A DNA stretch of 64,000 bases from assembly GCA_036172245.1 (NCBI GenBank), contig JAYWIR010000055.1:248001-312000 (forward strand), given 5' to 3'. Shown piece by piece: positions 59,687-64,000 of the stretch. Source of the stretch: Raillietiella orientalis. Its lineage: Eukaryota. Below the pieces are notes generated by a model. It saw only the letters and a program-made list of their open reading frames with translations, was not told the DNA's origin and made no database searches. The position numbers and the translations under genes are program-made. The first letter of the stretch is position 1, and each line of letters begins with the position of its first letter.

Positions 59687-60789
59687 TGGGGAGAAACACA
59701 GCACTCAATTCTGAAATCCTGCTTTCCTTTTCTTCACTGGGCCTTGGAAATAAATTTGAATGCATAACACATACATTGTGACTTTTAATCTGTGTGCTTC
59801 TGCTCAACCCAAACACTCGCATGTGAAGGAACATCTCCACATTGGGGGGGGGAGGACAAAACCTGCATCATGCTGAACCAAATGCATTATTCGTTCACAT
59901 TTGCAGTTTCAAGTATTTGCAGTTAACGATACTAAAGTTTAGATTTCGAGCTTGCTTAGACCTACTGCTCATGGAAACCAAGAAAGGAGAAATGTCTTGA
60001 AATTTTTCACAAGGCAAATTCCTTTCTTACATTTTAAGCAATATTGGGAAACTCACCTGGACGTACAGTCAAATGTTTCAAACGATAATGAAAATGTGTT
60101 CAAAATGCACTTGTGCACAAACACATTTTCCATATCGTTACGAAACACAACCTTCACAACGTATGTTCACATCAGCAAATTAAACTTCGATTAAAACATG
60201 AGGAAACGTAAAAGATACAGATTTTAGGAATAAAATCAGAGCGAGGATCTTTCAGTTGAGGACAAGGGTTTCGAATTTCCCACAATGCCAGTCCGCACAT
60301 AATAAAGAGCATTCATTCAATAAGCATCAACACTTTTGTTTGGCTCCGCCCTTCTTTTTTTTCTTCTTTTTTATTGCATGATCTGTTCGGTCGTTACTGC
60401 TTGCATTCACAGAACTCATCTCTGCTTTGGCGCCAACCACACAGCAGCCAGAGGATGCCTGGCTGGAGGCCGTCACAGAGAGCTGTACGGTACGGTTCCT
60501 ACTCCCAAGTTCCCTAAAGCTGGACCATTATCCAAAGTACACTCTTCTCATAAGGTTTTGCTGGTCGTTACGACGAAAAAGAAGAACTGCAGCTCAGACG
60601 AAATGATGAATTTTTCTCAGATTCGAAACATCATCAGAAACAAAAATTGGAAATAATTATTTCCTAAAAAGTACTTTATACATAACTGCCAATTTTCCAG
60701 CATACAAATGATTGTTTGTTTGTTTGTTCTAAAAAAAAGAAAAGGAAAGAAAGAAAGACCTCACGAGAAGATAGGTACTGCCGGCCTAG

Positions 60790-61380
60790 GTTGATGGAAA
60801 CCCTTCTTAGGTCCACTAAGATGCCCAAGAACGGCCCTCTCTTCGAAGCGGCCCCCGACGACGCCTCACCACCCACGGATCCCGGTTGGCAGCCCCCCCC
60901 CCCCCCCCCCAAGGACGTTCTACGGCTCTTCTTCGTGAGGGACGCCCTGCAGCCAGCCGTAGCCCTGGCAGCACTGCTGCATCCGAGGGATTGTGGAGAG
61001 GAAGAAACAGACGACGAGAGGGATCCCATCGAGTATGCAGTTCGCTTTCTGCGGATAGCAACCCGATGGCCCCACCTGGGAAACATGCAGATGGACCTCG
61101 ACTGCATCTTGCAAAGGAATGGACCCTCCCCCCAGCGGACAGTGATCCCTTCCCGGCCCTCCAGAGTATCTTTTTTTATTTCATTTTTGTTTTATTTTTC
61201 TTTTTTGTTCTTCCCCCCCCATACCCCTCCCCTGCCGAGGAGAGTCGAGGAGCCGGTCTGTGCACCGGCTCCCCGACAGGTCGCATGATGTATTGGCCGT
61301 AGTGGGACCTTACACCACAAATGTATAGAAGAGTTCATTACTAAACGCCCCGGCGTGACCGGGTGGCAACGGCGACGCCT
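60790..61380 (+). mobile_element. Module A copy 3: 3' end of the L1/Tx1-like element
   Basis: PKDVLRLFFVRDALQPAVALAAL...EYAVRFLRIATRW aligns with the sequences at 9730-9910 and 51167-51350. It has the same T-rich tract and the same AAA(T/C)GCCCCG motif. Confidence 0.85.
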
Positions 61381-61399
61381 CCACTATAGATGGAATCAC

Positions 61400-61870
61400 G
61401 GTGGTCTGTCGGTGCCACCCTAGGGTGCACGTGACCCTGGTAGTCCCCGAAGGAATCACCCTAATCAATGCAATCCGTTCCTCCCTCATGGGGACTTCTT
61501 ATTCTTTCCGAAAGGACCCCTCGACGGGGTCTGCTCCTCATTTCTTCCCAAAAAGCAAGGATAAGTTCTTCCCGAAGGGAGAAGCGCCATTCCAGCACTC
61601 TGGGAAGGAAACCTCCGAGGGAGGCAAACCAGCTCCGTGCAACGCGTGGAAGCTCTCCTCCGAGGAAGGGATTAGGCTCTATTTGCACGACTGCAGGGGG
61701 AACCACGAAGGGAACTGGCTCCTTGAGTCCTGCAAAGGACTCGGAGGGTTAACCTCTAATCCCGGCCAGTCAACGGGCAGACGATTTCCAACGTCCACGC
61801 ACCTCTCACCAGTGCCGCACACGAAGCCCATAGGCCAACCAGCGACTTGCAAGGGAGACTCCAAACCCGC
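61400..61870 (+). mobile_element. Module B copy 3, open as a single frame (ORF 61401-61970)
   Basis: CHPRVHV...DPSTGSAPHFF...FPKG...ETSEG...NHEG...IGQPA. Confidence 0.6.
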
Positions 61871-62075
61871 GACGCATTTCTTCTCGACCCTTTGCGGGTA
61901 TTCAAATGAATTCTCAAATTATTGTAAAAATAAGAAATCTTACATTTATTTTCTAGAATTAATGGCGTAATGAAATAAAGAGGGAAATAGTAACTGGGGC
62001 AAACGAACTTTAGGATGCATTGCACAGTTTTTTTGAGTGATCAAAAAGTTGAATAATTAAATTTTTAAGCTCATA

Positions 62076-62610
62076 TGGATCAAGCTTCATACAAAATATT
62101 GATAAAGGATTTTGGAGCATTTCAGGATTAGACAGTTCGGGCTTCAAGAGTTCATGGCACTAAAGAAAATCTAGAAGAACGTATGGTCCGTAGAACTAGT
62201 ATGTGCACTTTCAATAAGACATTAAGAGGAATAATTATTTGGAAATTATTAATAGGAAACTAACCAGGCTGTATTACAAATCATCCAGTTGGTTATTGCT
62301 TGCAACATACGTAGTCAATCCGCTACGTATTTTGGCTATGTATCAGCTAGATGTCCGAAAGCAGAGAATCAAAAACATGTTGATCATTCAGTGTTGCTAA
62401 GTAGACATTCAGCATAATTTAGAGGATGCAGTCATTATTTGGGTTCTTCATATAATGCTTCAAAGTGTCTTAATCTTTGTTATGAGGACTTGAACTAATT
62501 TAACTAAAGTTTTTACGAGCTCCATAAAGATACTTCATAAATTCGTGGAGATTGTGTCTTAAGAACGGATTTTCATTGCCTTTGTCATTTCAAGGAGATA
62601 AGTAACAAAA
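62076..62610 (+). pseudogene. Possible relic of a P2X7-C-terminal-like (KolX/Nanor-type) gene of a Kolobok-type transposon
   Basis: CITNHP follows a plausible GT-AG intron, then LRAP*RYFINSW and SLPL..KEI, loosely matching CITxH...AYRxFxxW...LPxC..IR. Several stops. Confidence 0.25.
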
Positions 62611-62737
62611 TGGATGGAAATAATTCGTATGGTTCCAAAAGAATAAAGGAATGCAAATGCAGAATCAGAGTTCCATCGTTGAAGCAAAGACAAAGTGATC
62701 CAGAGCATCTGCTATTTGTACGAGACGATTCTGTTAA

Positions 62738-64000
62738 CCTTCTATAAGCTGCTGTGACTTTGAAGTCACATACTAATATAGCGACATCTTATTGATTTAT
62801 TTAATTTTTTACCGCAAGGTGGCATATGCATCTTGCTGTATAACGTCTCCTTGATAAACAACAGCAGTCTTGGTAACAGATATCACACTCTAGCCCTAGA
62901 TATCGAGGTAAATGCTCATGCGAGTTGTCTATAGATGAAAGTTGTATGAACCATCCTATGCAGTTATTATTTTTCGTTCTGTCGGCGTTTTGATAAACAA
63001 GAAAAAGTCTACTTAATAGCTCTTGGTCTGTATATCAGTAATCTCTTATTTGTTTTCATTTGTTGTTAATCACTTTGTTGTTATTTTCACATAATACAGC
63101 TTTATGACTTTCAAGTCACAATGAGCTATAATGGTAGGATTCGGTGTATTTTGCGATAACTCTTGTGTTTTCTTTTTTCTTTTTAGTTTTATATACTAGA
63201 GGCCTAAAATATGAATACCAAAGCATACAAAAATAAAAGAGTAGTAAGAATGAGCATTAGCGGTAACATATCCGTGGATTCTTTATTAGAATCTGACTCG
63301 GACGAAATCAGCCAATAGTATTTACCCGACAACGTATAAATATTATTGAAAGCGACGATGAATGTAGTGGTGAATCATCATCAGATGAAAATTTAGAATC
63401 ACACAAATTTCTTATTTCAAATTGGCAATCAGCATCCCATCCAAAAAATAGCCTTCCTCTTCCTTGGAAAGGAAATCGTCCTGAAGATCCTGAAGCACCC
63501 TACTCCTAAAATTATTTAGTGACGACATTATAAGTACTATAAGTTGACTATACCAATGCATATGCGCTGCAACATGATCCAGCAAAACCCGTAGGTGTTT
63601 CATCTAATGAAATGGAACAATTCATTGCATCCTGTTTATGGTAAGGACTAAAAGGGATTAGTAGGAAAAGAGGACATCCTATTTCAGCAACCCGTAGATA
63701 AACAACTAGAAAAGAAGGGGAGCAAGTGTAACACTCCCATTCAAAACCGTGCGAAAAGAAATAGCACATAGGTCAATCTTTTCGGATAAGAGGGAACGCT
63801 GCAAAAAGTCGGGATGCAAAAAGTTCCAAAAATAAAATGTTCGAAATGCAACGTCCATCTATGTTGAACACCAGGCACAAACCGTTTTGTGGAATTCCGT
63901 GCTTGAGCTTTTTCTTTCATTGTTAATATGTAATTAAAGGTTGATATTTGTTAATTTCACGTTACATAAATTGTTTTTATAGCCGTAAAAAAAATTCGGA
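62738..64000 (+). mobile_element. Internally deleted piggyBac-family DNA transposon (transposase pseudogene ~63250-63900)
   Basis: TTAA at 62734-62737 is followed by CC and a palindromic motif. The relic has an acidic N-terminus (ESDSDE, SSSDE), LFSDDII../DYTNAYALQ...SNEMEQFI, and a Cys-rich tail RERCKKSGC...IKCSKCNVHLC. The DDD core is missing. Confidence 0.75.

Overview
This is compact animal (metazoan, probably invertebrate) nuclear DNA with very short GT-AG introns, so the ORF track is mostly noise and I rebuilt the genes by hand from splice sites and reading frames. It contains the 3' half of a lysosomal alpha-mannosidase (GH38, +), two tandem SLC34/NaPi-II phosphate cotransporter paralogs (-) inside a sharply bounded GC- and CpG-rich block, PTEN (+, first intron with a minor-spliceosome-type GTATCCTT donor), an unidentified multi-exon gene (-), NDUFAF7/MidA (-), a decayed piggyBac element and several decayed non-LTR retrotransposons. 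The least explained structure is a recurring composite. An L1/Tx1-like RT plus zinc-finger element ('module A') is joined at three separate loci to an unrecognised module built from ~39-nt (13-aa, xxEG-type) repeats ('module B'), which in two copies appears to end in a second zinc-finger-like motif. No endonuclease is visible ahead of the longest RT. All alignments and composition values are by eye, and relic boundaries are approximate.
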